Positions 45,984-56,091 of a stretch of DNA of 56,303 bases are shown here, one piece after another. The translations under genes were made by a program, and so were the position numbers. The first letter of the stretch is position 1, and each line of letters begins with the position of its first letter. This DNA comes from Anaerolineae bacterium (GTDB lineage Bacteria > Chloroflexota > Anaerolineae > B4-G1 > DUEL01). A model generated the notes under the pieces. The model was given only the letters and a program-made list of their open reading frames with translations. It ran no database searches and was not told the DNA's origin. The stretch is taken from positions 1 to 56,303 of the forward strand of contig DAOTYD010000239.1 in the NCBI GenBank assembly GCA_034435295.1, given 5' to 3'.

Positions 45984-46487
45984 TCAATCGATGCGAACGA
46001 ACCTGTCCGGTTTGGCCCCACAGACGGGGCAATCGTCTTCCGGCCTGCCTTCGGAAACATAGCCGCACACCTCGCAGACATAGTAGGTGCACGGTTCTTC
46101 GCGCAGCATGCAACCAACGGCCACTTTGTAAAGCCGGGCGTGCATCTCCTCGACGTCGCGTGCCTGGCTGAAGGCCAGCGCCGCCCGCCGGTCGCCCTCT
46201 TCCTCCGCCTCCTGGATAAAGCGCGGATAGGCGTTCTGGCTGGCGGCGGACTCGCGCTCGAACGATGACTGCAGGTTCGATTCGGTGTCCTTCACCACCA
46301 CATCGCCCAGCAGGCGCAGGGCCCTGTCGGCGTGAATGCCCTCGGCGTAGGCCACGGCGCGGAAGAGGCGGGCGATATCGGGATAGCCCTCCTCATCCGC
46401 CTTGCGGGCGTAGGCCAGCAATCGGCGATGGGCCTTGGCCTCGCCGACAAAGGCCTCGTAGAGGTTGCGGTTTGTCTTTTCGCCCAT
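45984..46487 (-). CDS. rbr: Rubrerythrin
   Basis: Diiron domain (FVGEAKAHRR..AEGIHA...EEMHARLY) plus C-terminal rubredoxin-like CEVCGY...CPVCGA. Confidence 0.85.
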   Translation of the reverse strand: MGEKTNRNLYEAFVGEAKAHRRLLAYARKADEEGYPDIARLFRAVAYAEGIHADRALRLLGDVVVKDTESNLQSSFERESAASQNAYPRFIQEAEEEGDRRAALAFSQARDVEEMHARLYKVAVGCMLREEPCTYYVCEVCGYVSEGRPEDDCPVCGAKPDRFVRID

Positions 46488-46490
46488 CGG

Positions 46491-46994
46491 CTAGAACTTG
46501 ATGAACCTGTCCTTGGGCGCGCCGCACAGCGGGCAGCGGTCGGGCGCCTCGCCCTCCACCGTCCAGCCGCAGACCTCGCAGACGTGAATGGGGCCGACCT
46601 CGACATCCTGCCCGGCCATGACGGCCTGGCGGGCGCGCTGGTACATGCCGGCGTGGACCTTTTCGGCCTCGTAGGCGAACTTGTGCGAGCGCAGCGCCAC
46701 CTTTTCCTCCTGTAGCTCGGCCACAGCCTGGAAGGCGGGGTACATCTCGTCGACCTCGTAGGTCTCGCCGTTGATGGCCTCCTGCAGGTTCTCCTCGCTC
46801 TGGTTGATGCCGCCCAGGGCGCGCAGGTGGCTGGTGGCGTGGACGAGCTCAGCCCTGGCCACAGCGCGGAAAAGGCGCGCGACCTCGGGCAGGCCCTCTT
46901 TCTCTGCCTTGTCAGCATAGATTGTGTAGCGGGTGAAGGCCTGGCTCTCCCCGGCGAAAGCGGCCTCCAGGTTGGAACGACTCATCTTGTGCAT
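46491..46994 (-). CDS. rbr: Rubrerythrin
   Basis: FAGESQAFTRY..ARAELVHA..YEAEKVHAGMY plus CEVCGW...CPLCGA. Confidence 0.88.
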   Translation of the reverse strand: MHKMSRSNLEAAFAGESQAFTRYTIYADKAEKEGLPEVARLFRAVARAELVHATSHLRALGGINQSEENLQEAINGETYEVDEMYPAFQAVAELQEEKVALRSHKFAYEAEKVHAGMYQRARQAVMAGQDVEVGPIHVCEVCGWTVEGEAPDRCPLCGAPKDRFIKF

Positions 46995-47044
46995 CTTTCC
47001 TCTCCTTTCTGATCAAAATCCATGTAATCTGTGGCTAAAAAACC

Positions 47045-48259
47045 TCACCCGAGCAGCTCCTTGAGATCGAAATCGTCATCCAGCAATCGGTCGACATAGG
47101 CCGAGACGTCCACCCCGCCTTCGAGCAGGCGGCGGACGGCCAGCGTGCGCTCGCGCTCGTTGAGCAGAATGGCGCCAATGATCCGCCCGTCCTGGAGGAC
47201 GAACTTGCGATAGTGGCGATGGGCCAGGTCGACGTGACGCAGCACGGTGTAGGAGGAGTCCTCGCCAGCACAGAGGCCCAGCGAGGTCAGCTCGGCGCCG
47301 GCGACTTTGAGCGTGGTGAAGGGCAGCGTGCCCCCGTAGACAGCGCTGCCCGGCGCGACCATGTTCGCTGCCGCCACGCGGGCCTGCTCGACCGCCGCCG
47401 GGACAATGCCGTAGAGCCGCCCGCCCGCCTCGGCGACGTCGCCTGCCGCATAGACGCCCTCGGCGCTGGTCTGCAGGTGTGCGTCCACAATCACCGCGCG
47501 GCCGATAGCCAGCCCGGCCTGCCGCGCCAGCGTCAGCTCGGGCCGCCAGCCGGCAGCACAGACGACCATATCGGCGGGGAGCTCGTGGCCGTCGCGCAGG
47601 CGCACGGCGCGCACAGCGCCATCCCCCAGGATAGCTTCCGTGGCAACGCCGGTGAGCACCTCGATGCCCAGGCCCTCGACCAGCTTCTGCAGCAGCGCTG
47701 CCCCCTCGCGATCGACCTGGCGGGGCAGCAAATAGTCGGCGGCTTCCAGAACGGTCACTCCGGCGCCCAGGGCGCGGACGGCGCGCGCCGTTTCCAGGCC
47801 GAGCAATCCTCCGCCGATCACGACGGCATGGCGCCCCTGACGGGCATGCTCGCGGATGGCACGGGCGTCGTCGAGCGTGCGCAGGGTGAACACGCCGCGC
47901 TGCGCCGCCCCATCGACCGGCAACATCCAGGCATAGCCCCCCGTTGCCAGCAATAGCCGGTCATAAGCGACGGCCACGCCATCTTCCAGGCGCAGCCGCC
48001 GCGCGGCCGTGTCCAGCTCTGCCACCCGGCTGTTCAGATGAACGCGGATGCCCTGTTCCTCGTACCAGTCAGGCGGGCGGTGGAGGATGTCTACCTCGGC
48101 AACCTCGCCGGCGATCAAAGCGGGTAGCTGCGGACGGCGGTAGTAGGGATAAGGCTCGGCGGCGTAGATGTGCAGGTCAGCGCCCGGCTCGGCCGCAGCG
48201 ATGGCCTGGGCCGCCATCACACCGGCGACGCCATTGCCGACGATGACATAGCGGGTCAT
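47045..48259 (-). CDS. FAD-dependent NAD(P)H:rubredoxin oxidoreductase-like pyridine-nucleotide-disulfide oxidoreductase
   Basis: VIVGNGVAGVMAA (FAD). VVIGGGLLGLETA (NAD). YAAGDVAE. Immediately downstream of the rubredoxin gene. Confidence 0.8.
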   Translation of the reverse strand: MTRYVIVGNGVAGVMAAQAIAAAEPGADLHIYAAEPYPYYRRPQLPALIAGEVAEVDILHRPPDWYEEQGIRVHLNSRVAELDTAARRLRLEDGVAVAYDRLLLATGGYAWMLPVDGAAQRGVFTLRTLDDARAIREHARQGRHAVVIGGGLLGLETARAVRALGAGVTVLEAADYLLPRQVDREGAALLQKLVEGLGIEVLTGVATEAILGDGAVRAVRLRDGHELPADMVVCAAGWRPELTLARQAGLAIGRAVIVDAHLQTSAEGVYAAGDVAEAGGRLYGIVPAAVEQARVAAANMVAPGSAVYGGTLPFTTLKVAGAELTSLGLCAGEDSSYTVLRHVDLAHRHYRKFVLQDGRIIGAILLNERERTLAVRRLLEGGVDVSAYVDRLLDDDFDLKELLG

Positions 48260-48270
48260 ACGAAGCGGCT

Positions 48271-48429
48271 TTACCCTACCTGCTCGAACATATCCTTGCC
48301 TGCGCCGCAGTCGGGGCAGACCCAGTCATCGGGCAGGTCTTCGAAAGCAGTGCCAGGCTCGATACCCCCTTGCGGATCGCCAACAGCGGGGTCGTAAACG
48401 TAACCACAGACCAGACATTCCCACTTCAT
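48271..48429 (-). CDS. rub: Rubredoxin (52 aa; below the ORF-track size cut-off)
   Basis: My own translation of the complement: [60 protein letters not shown]. Canonical CxxCG...CPxCG. Confidence 0.85.
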   Translation of the reverse strand: MKWECLVCGYVYDPAVGDPQGGIEPGTAFEDLPDDWVCPDCGAGKDMFEQVG

Positions 48430-48495
48430 GATTCTTTCTCCTTGTCAAGATAAATTGTGAGGAGCACCCTTTGCGAAAAGAGAGCGCAGGCAGTA

Positions 48496-48524
48496 ATTAT
48501 AACGTGTGTCGCTGAAAACGTCAA
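48496..48524 (-). promoter_or_regulatory. Sigma70 promoter of the rubredoxin/rubrerythrin operon
   Basis: On the minus strand, TTGACG (48524-48519), a 17-nt spacer, then TATAAT (48501-48496). Confidence 0.55.
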
Positions 48525-48579
48525 GCCAGCTTTCCGGGACGTATCAGATTGGGGACATGGCGGGAGGTTTATGATGCCA

Positions 48580-48799
48580 CCCTGGGAGCGCGGACGTCCC
48601 CTCCGCGCTGCGGCGGGCGGGGACGCCCGCGCTCCCAGAAAACACGGATGCCCCCTCCGCCCTGCGGCGGGCGGGGACGCCCGCGCTCCCAGGAAACACG
48701 GATGCCCCGTCCGCCCTGCGGCGGGCGGGGACGCCCGCGCTCCCAGGAAACACGGATGCCCCCTCCGCGCTGCGGCGGGCGGGGACGCCCGCGCTCCCC
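48580..48799. repeat. 54-nt tandem repeat, about 3.8 copies
   Basis: Equivalent positions at 48602, 48656, 48710 and 48764. Each unit holds the hairpin gcgggc-gggga-cgcccgc. It explains the long ORFs in all frames here. Confidence 0.85.
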
Positions 48800-48872
48800 G
48801 CCCAACCTTCGCTTCGCCGCCTTCGGCGGCTCGTTCAGTACACTCTCGATTTCCTGGGCTTCGGATTTCCGG

Positions 48873-48900
48873 TTGCGACCCTGCCACGTTATGGTATAAT
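48873..48900 (+). promoter_or_regulatory. Promoter of the aspS leader
   Basis: TTGCGA (48873-78), a 16-nt spacer, then the extended -10 TGgTATAAT (48892-48900). Confidence 0.5.
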
Positions 48901-48915
48901 TTGACCGAGGTCTCT

Positions 48916-48990
48916 ATGTCACACCGCGCAGCGTTCAACGACGACGACCAGCCGACCCGTCCCAGGGGACGGTCCGTGCTGCGCGGTTGA
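48916..48990 (+). CDS. Candidate 24-aa attenuator leader peptide [24 protein letters not shown]
   Basis: GAGG lies 5 nt upstream of the ATG. Codons 8-11 are AAC GAC GAC GAC. The ORF overlaps hairpin arms that can alternatively pair with the downstream terminator. Confidence 0.45.
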   Translation: MSHRAAFNDDDQPTRPRGRSVLRG

Positions 48991-49011
48991 AAATGCGTTT
49001 TGCCAGACCAG

Positions 49012-49043
49012 GCCGTCCCCAGCGGGGCGGCTTGTTCTTTATT
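49012..49043 (+). terminator. Attenuator terminator in the aspS leader
   Basis: GC-rich 8-bp stem (gccgTcccc-agc-ggggcggc, one bulge) followed by UUGUUCUUUAUU. It ends 15 nt before the aspS ATG. Confidence 0.55.
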
Positions 49044-49057
49044 CCGGAGGTGCAAGG

Positions 49058-50827
<1,770 letters not shown>

Positions 50828-50847
50828 CAACACGAACGGCACGAATT

Positions 50848-50889
50848 GCGATAAGCGATATGCGATGTACGATAAGCGATATGCGAAGG
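50848..50889. repeat. Heptamer tandem repeat (GCGATAA-like)x6
   Basis: gcgataa gcgatat gcgatgt acgataa gcgatat gcgaagg, in the aspS/glnA spacer. Confidence 0.75.
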
Positions 50890-50897
50890 AGGGAACA

Positions 50898-52229
50898 ATG
50901 AACAAGGAGCTAATCCGCCGCGCCAGGGAGGACGGAGTTCGCTTTGTCAGCCTCCAGTTCACCGACATCCTGGGTGCGGTCAAGAGCGTGACGATTCCCC
51001 TGGGTCGGCTGGAGAGCGCGCTGGAGGAGGGGGTCTGGTTCGATGGCTCCTCTATCGCCGGCTTTGCCCGCATCTATGAGAGCGACATGGTGCTGATGCC
51101 CGACCCGGCAACCTATCGGGTGCTGCCCTGGAGCGACCCGGAGCGGCGACGGGCGCGGCTCATCTGCAACGTGCACGGGCCGGACGGTCAGCCCTCTCCC
51201 AGCGATCCGCGCTCGGCGCTCAGGCGGATGCTGGCCCGCGCCGGCGAGCGCGGTTACGTCTACAACGTGGGGCCGGAGATCGAGTTCTTTCTCTTCAAGC
51301 GCGACGGCGCGACCCCCCTGCGCCCCGTCCCCCACGACGTGGGCGGCTATTTTGACTTTTCGCCGCGCGACGAGGCGCAGCAGGTGCGCAGCGAGATCAT
51401 CCTGGCGCTGGAGACGATGGACATCGCCGTAGAGACGAGTCATCACGAAGGGGCCACCGCCCAGCACGAGATCGATTTTCGCTATGCCGACGCCCTGACC
51501 AGCGCCGACAACGCCATCACCTTCAAGTACGCCGTGCGCGCGGTCGCTGCCAGCCACGGCCTTTACGCCAGCTTTATGCCCAAGCCGATCTTTGGCGTCA
51601 ACGGCAGCGGCATGCACTGCCATCAGAGCATCTTTGGGCCGGACGGCCACAATCTCTTCTACAACCCTGGCGACGCCTATTGTCTTTCCCGCATGGCCTA
51701 CCACTTTATCGCCGGACAGTTGGCCCACGCGCGGGCGCTGGCCGCCGTCGTCGCCCCGACCGTCAACAGCTACAAGCGCCTTACCCCAGGCTATGAAGCG
51801 CCGGTCTATATCTGCTGGGCGCACCTCAACCGCTCGGCGCTCATCCGCGTCCCGGCGGCGCGGGCCAACGTGGAAAAGGCGGCACGCCTCGAGCTGCGCT
51901 GCCCCGACCCCAGCGCCAACCCTTATCTGGCCTTTGCCGCCAGCCTGGCCGCCGGCCTCGACGGCATCGAACGCCAGTTGGAACCGCCCCCGCCGGTCAA
52001 CGAGGACGTGTACGACCTGGACAGCGGCGGCCTGAAGGAGCGGGCCATCGGCGTCCTCCCCGGCACGCTGGCCGAGGCGCTGGACGAGCTGGAGCGCGAT
52101 GAGGTGATCCAGGCTGCGCTCGGCCCGGCGATCACTGAGACGATGCTGCGGGCGCGGCGGGCGGAGTGGGACGCCTACCGCATCCAGGTCACGGAGTGGG
52201 AGCTGGAGCGCTACCTGGAGACGGCCTGA
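50898..52229 (+). CDS. glnA: Glutamine synthetase, type I
   Basis: VRFVSLQFTDILG, DGSSIAGF, NGSGMHCHQS and the NSYKRL region. Start trimmed to MNKELIR, with GGAGGG upstream. Confidence 0.9.
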   Translation: MNKELIRRAREDGVRFVSLQFTDILGAVKSVTIPLGRLESALEEGVWFDGSSIAGFARIYESDMVLMPDPATYRVLPWSDPERRRARLICNVHGPDGQPSPSDPRSALRRMLARAGERGYVYNVGPEIEFFLFKRDGATPLRPVPHDVGGYFDFSPRDEAQQVRSEIILALETMDIAVETSHHEGATAQHEIDFRYADALTSADNAITFKYAVRAVAASHGLYASFMPKPIFGVNGSGMHCHQSIFGPDGHNLFYNPGDAYCLSRMAYHFIAGQLAHARALAAVVAPTVNSYKRLTPGYEAPVYICWAHLNRSALIRVPAARANVEKAARLELRCPDPSANPYLAFAASLAAGLDGIERQLEPPPPVNEDVYDLDSGGLKERAIGVLPGTLAEALDELERDEVIQAALGPAITETMLRARRAEWDAYRIQVTEWELERYLETA

Positions 52230-52923
52230 GCTCCTTGCCTGCCGCGCGCCACAGGTTGGCGCGGATGCGGCGCTGCTGACGGCCAAAGCTGCGCAGGAAA
52301 GCGGCGACGGCCTGGCGGTTGGTGTCGCTCTCGAAGGGGCAGGGCGGCGTGGGCGGAAAGCCGGCGGCGCGGGCGTAGTAAGCGATCTCCTTCGCCGGCA
52401 CATAGATCAGCGGGCGGATGAGCACGATCTGCCCGCCGAACAGGTCAACCCGCGGGGCCAGCGTCTCGGCTCGCCCGGCGAACATCAGATTGAGCAGCGT
52501 CGTCACCGCCGCGTCGTCGGCGTGGTGGCCGAGGGCCAGCTTGTTGCAGCCCTGCGCGTCCGCCGCCAGCAGCAGCGCCCGGCGCCGCTGCCGCGAGCAG
52601 CGGAAACAGTCCAGCGGCGGCTGATCGGCGGGGCCGAGCTCCAGCGGGACAAAGTGATAGGCCACGCCTCGCTCCTCGAACCACGGCGCCAACTGCTCCC
52701 GCAGGTCAGGCAGGCCGACGTGCGCGCCGACGACGTGCAGGGCGACCAGTTCGCAGGGGAGCCGTTCGCGGTAGCGCAGCAACAGGTCAAGCAGCGTGCG
52801 GCTGTCCTTGCCGCCGGAAACCGCCACCGCCACGCGGTCCCCCGCCGCCAGCAGGTCGAACTCTTTGCACGCCCGCGCGACGTCTTTCAACAGAAAGCGG
52901 GCGATGCGCTCCGCGTCGGCCAT
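52189..52923 (-). CDS. PP-loop ATP pyrophosphatase, TtcA-like tRNA thiolation family
   Basis: VAVSGGKDS, CFRCSRQRR and LALGHHADD. Start trimmed to MADAERI. Convergent 41-nt overlap with the glnA 3' end. Confidence 0.75.
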   Translation of the reverse strand: MADAERIARFLLKDVARACKEFDLLAAGDRVAVAVSGGKDSRTLLDLLLRYRERLPCELVALHVVGAHVGLPDLREQLAPWFEERGVAYHFVPLELGPADQPPLDCFRCSRQRRRALLLAADAQGCNKLALGHHADDAAVTTLLNLMFAGRAETLAPRVDLFGGQIVLIRPLIYVPAKEIAYYARAAGFPPTPPCPFESDTNRQAVAAFLRSFGRQQRRIRANLWRAAGKELRPSPGSAPAPTP

Positions 52924-52939
52924 CCCGCCCCGGTCTCTC

Positions 52940-53968
52940 CTACGGCCTGATCTCTCGCCCTTCGTACTGCTGTTTGTAGTAGGCGCGGTAGTGCTCGCCG
53001 CTCTTGATCTTGCGCCACCACCATTCATTCTCGACGTACCAGCGCACCGTGTCGGCGATGGCCTGCTCGAACGTGTGGCCGCACTCCCAGCCCAGGGCGC
53101 GGATCTTGGACACGTCCAGCGCATAGCGCCGGTCGTGGCCGGGGCGGTCCTTGACCGGCTGGATGAGCGAATAGGGCTTGCCCAGCAGGTCGAGGATGGC
53201 GTGGGCCATGTCGATGTTGCGCGTCTCCTGGCCGCTGCCCAGGTTGTAGACCTCGCCGATCTGACCCTTGTGCAACACCAGGTCAATGCCCTCGCAGTGG
53301 TCCAGGACGTGCTGATAGTCGCGCATCTGCGAGCCGTCGCCGTAGAGAGGCAGCGGCAGATCGTCGATGGCGTTGGTGATGAAGAGGGGCACAACCTTTT
53401 CCGGGTACTGGTAGGGGCCGATGTTGTTGGAGCCGCGGGTGATCGTCACCGGCACGCCAAAGCTGGTGTAGTAGGCGATACACATCAGGTCGCCCGCCGC
53501 CTTGGAGGCGGAGTAGGGGCTGCGCGTGTGCAGGCGGTCCGTCTCGCGGGAGCGGCCCTCCAGCACCTCGCCATAGACCTCGTCGGTGCTGATCTGATGG
53601 TAACGCTCCAGGCCGAACTCTTTGGCCGCTTCCAACAGCACGTAGGTGCCAAAAACATCGGTGCGGAGGAACTCGTCTGGCTCCATCAGCGAGCGGTCGA
53701 CGTGGGTGGCGGCGGCAAAGTTGACGATGGTGTCGATCCCATACGCCTGGATCGTCTGGCGCACCAGTGCGGCGTCGCAAATGTCGCCCTTGACAAAAGC
53801 ATAACGCGGCCCGAAACGCTCTTCGACATCTTTCAGGTTGTCGAGATTGCCCGCATAGGTCAGCCTGTCATAGACGACGACGCGATAGTCGGCGTATTTG
53901 CTCAGCATGTAGCGGACAAAGTTCGAGCCGATGAATCCGGCAGCGCCGGTGACCAGCAAATTACGCAT
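52940..53968 (-). CDS. rfbB: dTDP-glucose 4,6-dehydratase
   Basis: VTGAAGFIGSNF, YSASKAAGD and the HVxD region. Start trimmed to MRNLLVT. Confidence 0.9.
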   Translation of the reverse strand: MRNLLVTGAAGFIGSNFVRYMLSKYADYRVVVYDRLTYAGNLDNLKDVEERFGPRYAFVKGDICDAALVRQTIQAYGIDTIVNFAAATHVDRSLMEPDEFLRTDVFGTYVLLEAAKEFGLERYHQISTDEVYGEVLEGRSRETDRLHTRSPYSASKAAGDLMCIAYYTSFGVPVTITRGSNNIGPYQYPEKVVPLFITNAIDDLPLPLYGDGSQMRDYQHVLDHCEGIDLVLHKGQIGEVYNLGSGQETRNIDMAHAILDLLGKPYSLIQPVKDRPGHDRRYALDVSKIRALGWECGHTFEQAIADTVRWYVENEWWWRKIKSGEHYRAYYKQQYEGREIRP

Positions 53969-54042
53969 CCTGATTTCTCTCCCTGGAAGGAATGATTGGG
54001 CGAGTATACCATCGAAGCGCTTCTTTGACCACTGCGGTCGTT

Positions 54043-54816
54043 TCACACAAGCGCTGTGATCGCTGCCATCACCTGCCGCGCCACGGCGCGGTCGCGCCCA
54101 GCCCGTTCCGGGGGAATCTGGGGCACAAAGCATGGTCCGAAGGCCAGCCGCAGCCGCCCTCGCCGCTCGCTGACGCCGACCGGCAGCACCGGCATGCCAG
54201 CCTGCACCAGCAGGGCGATGAAAGAGCCCGCCCCTGGCGGCGGCTCACCTGGCTTGCCGTCGGGCGTATCCTGCCCTTCGGGCGCCAGGCCGATCATGCC
54301 CCCGGACTGCGCCAGTCGGCGGGCCAGGCGCAGCGTCCGCCGCACGGCGATGGCCCGCGCCTCGACCTCGTCCGGGTCGGGTGGCATCGGCGGCATGGGC
54401 ACAAAACCATAGACATGCGCCACGCGCGCAAAGGCCCAGCGCGTCAGCGGCGTCAGCAGACGGCGCTTCCAGCGGCTCTGTGGAAAAGTCCACGCTGCTG
54501 TCATCACCCAATAGATTTCGCAGTCGGCGTCGGCGGTGCGCTGCGCAGCGACGATCGCGTTGATCGTCAGCGGCAGCCACCAGGCGCCCAGCCCCGGCCG
54601 GCTGTAGTGATTGCAGGTCACCAGGCACGGTCCACGGGCAGGGATTTCTGCGGCTCCCGTTACCTCCGGCTCTGGATGCATCCCTGCCATAGCCAGCCGC
54701 GCATCGGCGGCGAAAGAGCGCTGCCGCAGCGTCAGCGCCGCCCAGACCAGCCCGCCCGCCAGGCGCAGCGGGACACGGTAGCGCGCTTTCCTCTCCAAAG
54801 TATCTTGTGGTATCAT
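54043..54816 (-). CDS. Lysophospholipid (PlsC-like) acyltransferase-family protein
   Basis: CNHYSRPG (an NHxxxxD-like block, degenerate), GLAPEG and a PVLPVGV region. The ORF-track N-terminal 265 aa, antisense to the MFS gene, were removed. Confidence 0.55.
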   Translation of the reverse strand: MIPQDTLERKARYRVPLRLAGGLVWAALTLRQRSFAADARLAMAGMHPEPEVTGAAEIPARGPCLVTCNHYSRPGLGAWWLPLTINAIVAAQRTADADCEIYWVMTAAWTFPQSRWKRRLLTPLTRWAFARVAHVYGFVPMPPMPPDPDEVEARAIAVRRTLRLARRLAQSGGMIGLAPEGQDTPDGKPGEPPPGAGSFIALLVQAGMPVLPVGVSERRGRLRLAFGPCFVPQIPPERAGRDRAVARQVMAAITALV

Positions 54817-54864
54817 GGTGCAATCTCCTGCTGGAAACAACCAATCAGATGGAGTTCCTGATCT

Positions 54865-56091
54865 ATGCGTAAGCGAGACTATATCGGCATGAACGTCTAC
54901 TGGTTCGGCCTGGCCTTTCTGTGGAACGGCCTGCACCCCATCATCCTGCCGGCAATGCTGTTGGGCTTTGTGCCGGAAGCGCTCAAGAACACTTACCTGG
55001 GCAGCCTCACCTTCGGCGGTCTGATCCTGGCCATGGTCATACAACCGCTGGCCGGCGCGCTCAGCGACCGCACGCGCTCGCGCTGGGGGCGGCGACGGCC
55101 CTGGATCCTGCTGGGTGTAATTCTCACCCTGATCGTTCTGGCCATTATGGCCCGCGCCAGCAGCCTGGGGGTGCTGATCCTGGCCTACGTTCTGCTGCAG
55201 CTCGTCTCCAATACCGCCCATGGCCCCGCCCAGGGCCTCATCCCCGACCTGGTGCCGCAGGAGCGGCATGGGCTGGCAGCGGGGATCAAAAACCTCTTTG
55301 AAATGAGCGGCCTGATCGTGACCTCGCTGGTGGCCGGCAAGCTGATGAGCGATGGCAACGCCGCGCTGGCCCTGACCGTCACCGGCGTCGTCGTCACGGC
55401 GGCCGCAGGGGTCACCCTGGTGGGCACGCCCGAAGCGCCCGCCAGCGGCGCCGGCGGCCCGGCCGCTGTCCAGGCGCTGCGCGAGACCCTGCGCGTCGAC
55501 CTGAGCCGTGCTCCTGGCTACGCCCGTCTGCTCGTCTCCCGCTTCCTGATCCTGTTGGGCATCTATGCCGTGCAGGCCTTTGCCCAGTATTATATCCGCG
55601 ACCGGCTGCAAGTGCCAGACCCCGCCGCCGTTACCGGCAACCTCATGGCTACCATCGGCCTGGCGCTGACGGTGCTGGTCTTTCCCGCCGGCTACCTCTC
55701 CGACCGCTTTGGCCGTCTACGGCTGAACCAGTTGGCGGGCATCCTGGCTGCGCTGGGCGTGCTGATGCTCATTCCCATCCGCACGGTTCCCCCTCTCTAC
55801 ATCGCCGGGACAATCATCGGCGCAGCGACGGGCATCTTTTTGAGCGTCAACTGGGCGCTGGCGACCGACATGATTCCCCAGGACGAGGCCGGCAAGTACC
55901 TGGGCCTCTCCAACCTGGCGACGGCCGGCGCCGGAGCCGCCAGCCGCCTGGGCGGCCCGCTCATCGACGGCCTGAACGCCCTCCGCCCTGGCGCTTTCCT
56001 GGGCTACCCGGCGCTCATGCTGCTGGCGGCGCTCAGTATCGCTGTGGGTACGTGGCTGGCCAATCGCTTATCGCGGATCGCGTATCGCTAA
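54865..56091 (+). CDS. MFS transporter
   Basis: 12 hydrophobic segments. GALSDRTRSRWGRRRPW loop motif. The last 8 codons (SRIAYR) lie in the heptamer repeat. Confidence 0.8.
   Translation: MRKRDYIGMNVYWFGLAFLWNGLHPIILPAMLLGFVPEALKNTYLGSLTFGGLILAMVIQPLAGALSDRTRSRWGRRRPWILLGVILTLIVLAIMARASSLGVLILAYVLLQLVSNTAHGPAQGLIPDLVPQERHGLAAGIKNLFEMSGLIVTSLVAGKLMSDGNAALALTVTGVVVTAAAGVTLVGTPEAPASGAGGPAAVQALRETLRVDLSRAPGYARLLVSRFLILLGIYAVQAFAQYYIRDRLQVPDPAAVTGNLMATIGLALTVLVFPAGYLSDRFGRLRLNQLAGILAALGVLMLIPIRTVPPLYIAGTIIGAATGIFLSVNWALATDMIPQDEAGKYLGLSNLATAGAGAASRLGGPLIDGLNALRPGAFLGYPALMLLAALSIAVGTWLANRLSRIAYR

Noticed and set aside
48580-48799. Possible CRISPR array (also considered for 40149-40254 and 56066-56303)
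   Set aside because: The whole unit repeats with no unique spacers. Periods of 54, 28 and 7 nt with no spacers do not fit CRISPR, and there are no cas genes in the window.
48426-49055. Overlapping 209-aa, 177-aa, 116-aa and 78-aa ORFs across the rubredoxin/aspS spacer
   Set aside because: They are open only because the 54-nt (18-codon) tandem repeat lacks stops. Their translations are repeated GRGRPRS or AGGDARAPR strings. Only the final 24 codons of the 48457-48990 frame (the leader peptide) are retained.
48905-49057. T-box riboswitch upstream of aspS
   Set aside because: There is no T-box consensus (AANNNGGGTGGTACCGCG-like) or specifier-loop architecture, and the leader is only about 150 nt. 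The leader-peptide attenuator explains the alternative hairpins better.
52189-52229. 41-nt convergent overlap of the glnA and ttcA-like 3' ends, considered as a possible frameshift or annotation error
   Set aside because: Both C-termini look family-typical up to their stops. A short convergent overlap is plausible in a compact genome, so it was not treated as a finding.
52924-53394. Upstream 157 aa of the 401-aa ORF 52189-53394
   Set aside because: It overlaps rfbB in another frame and has no homology-like features. The PP-loop protein begins at MADAERI (52923).
54817-55611. N-terminal 265 aa of the 522-aa ORF 54043-55611
   Set aside because: It is antisense to the MFS transporter gene with a Gly/Ala/Gln-rich low-complexity translation. 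The acyltransferase homology begins only after the Met at 54816.
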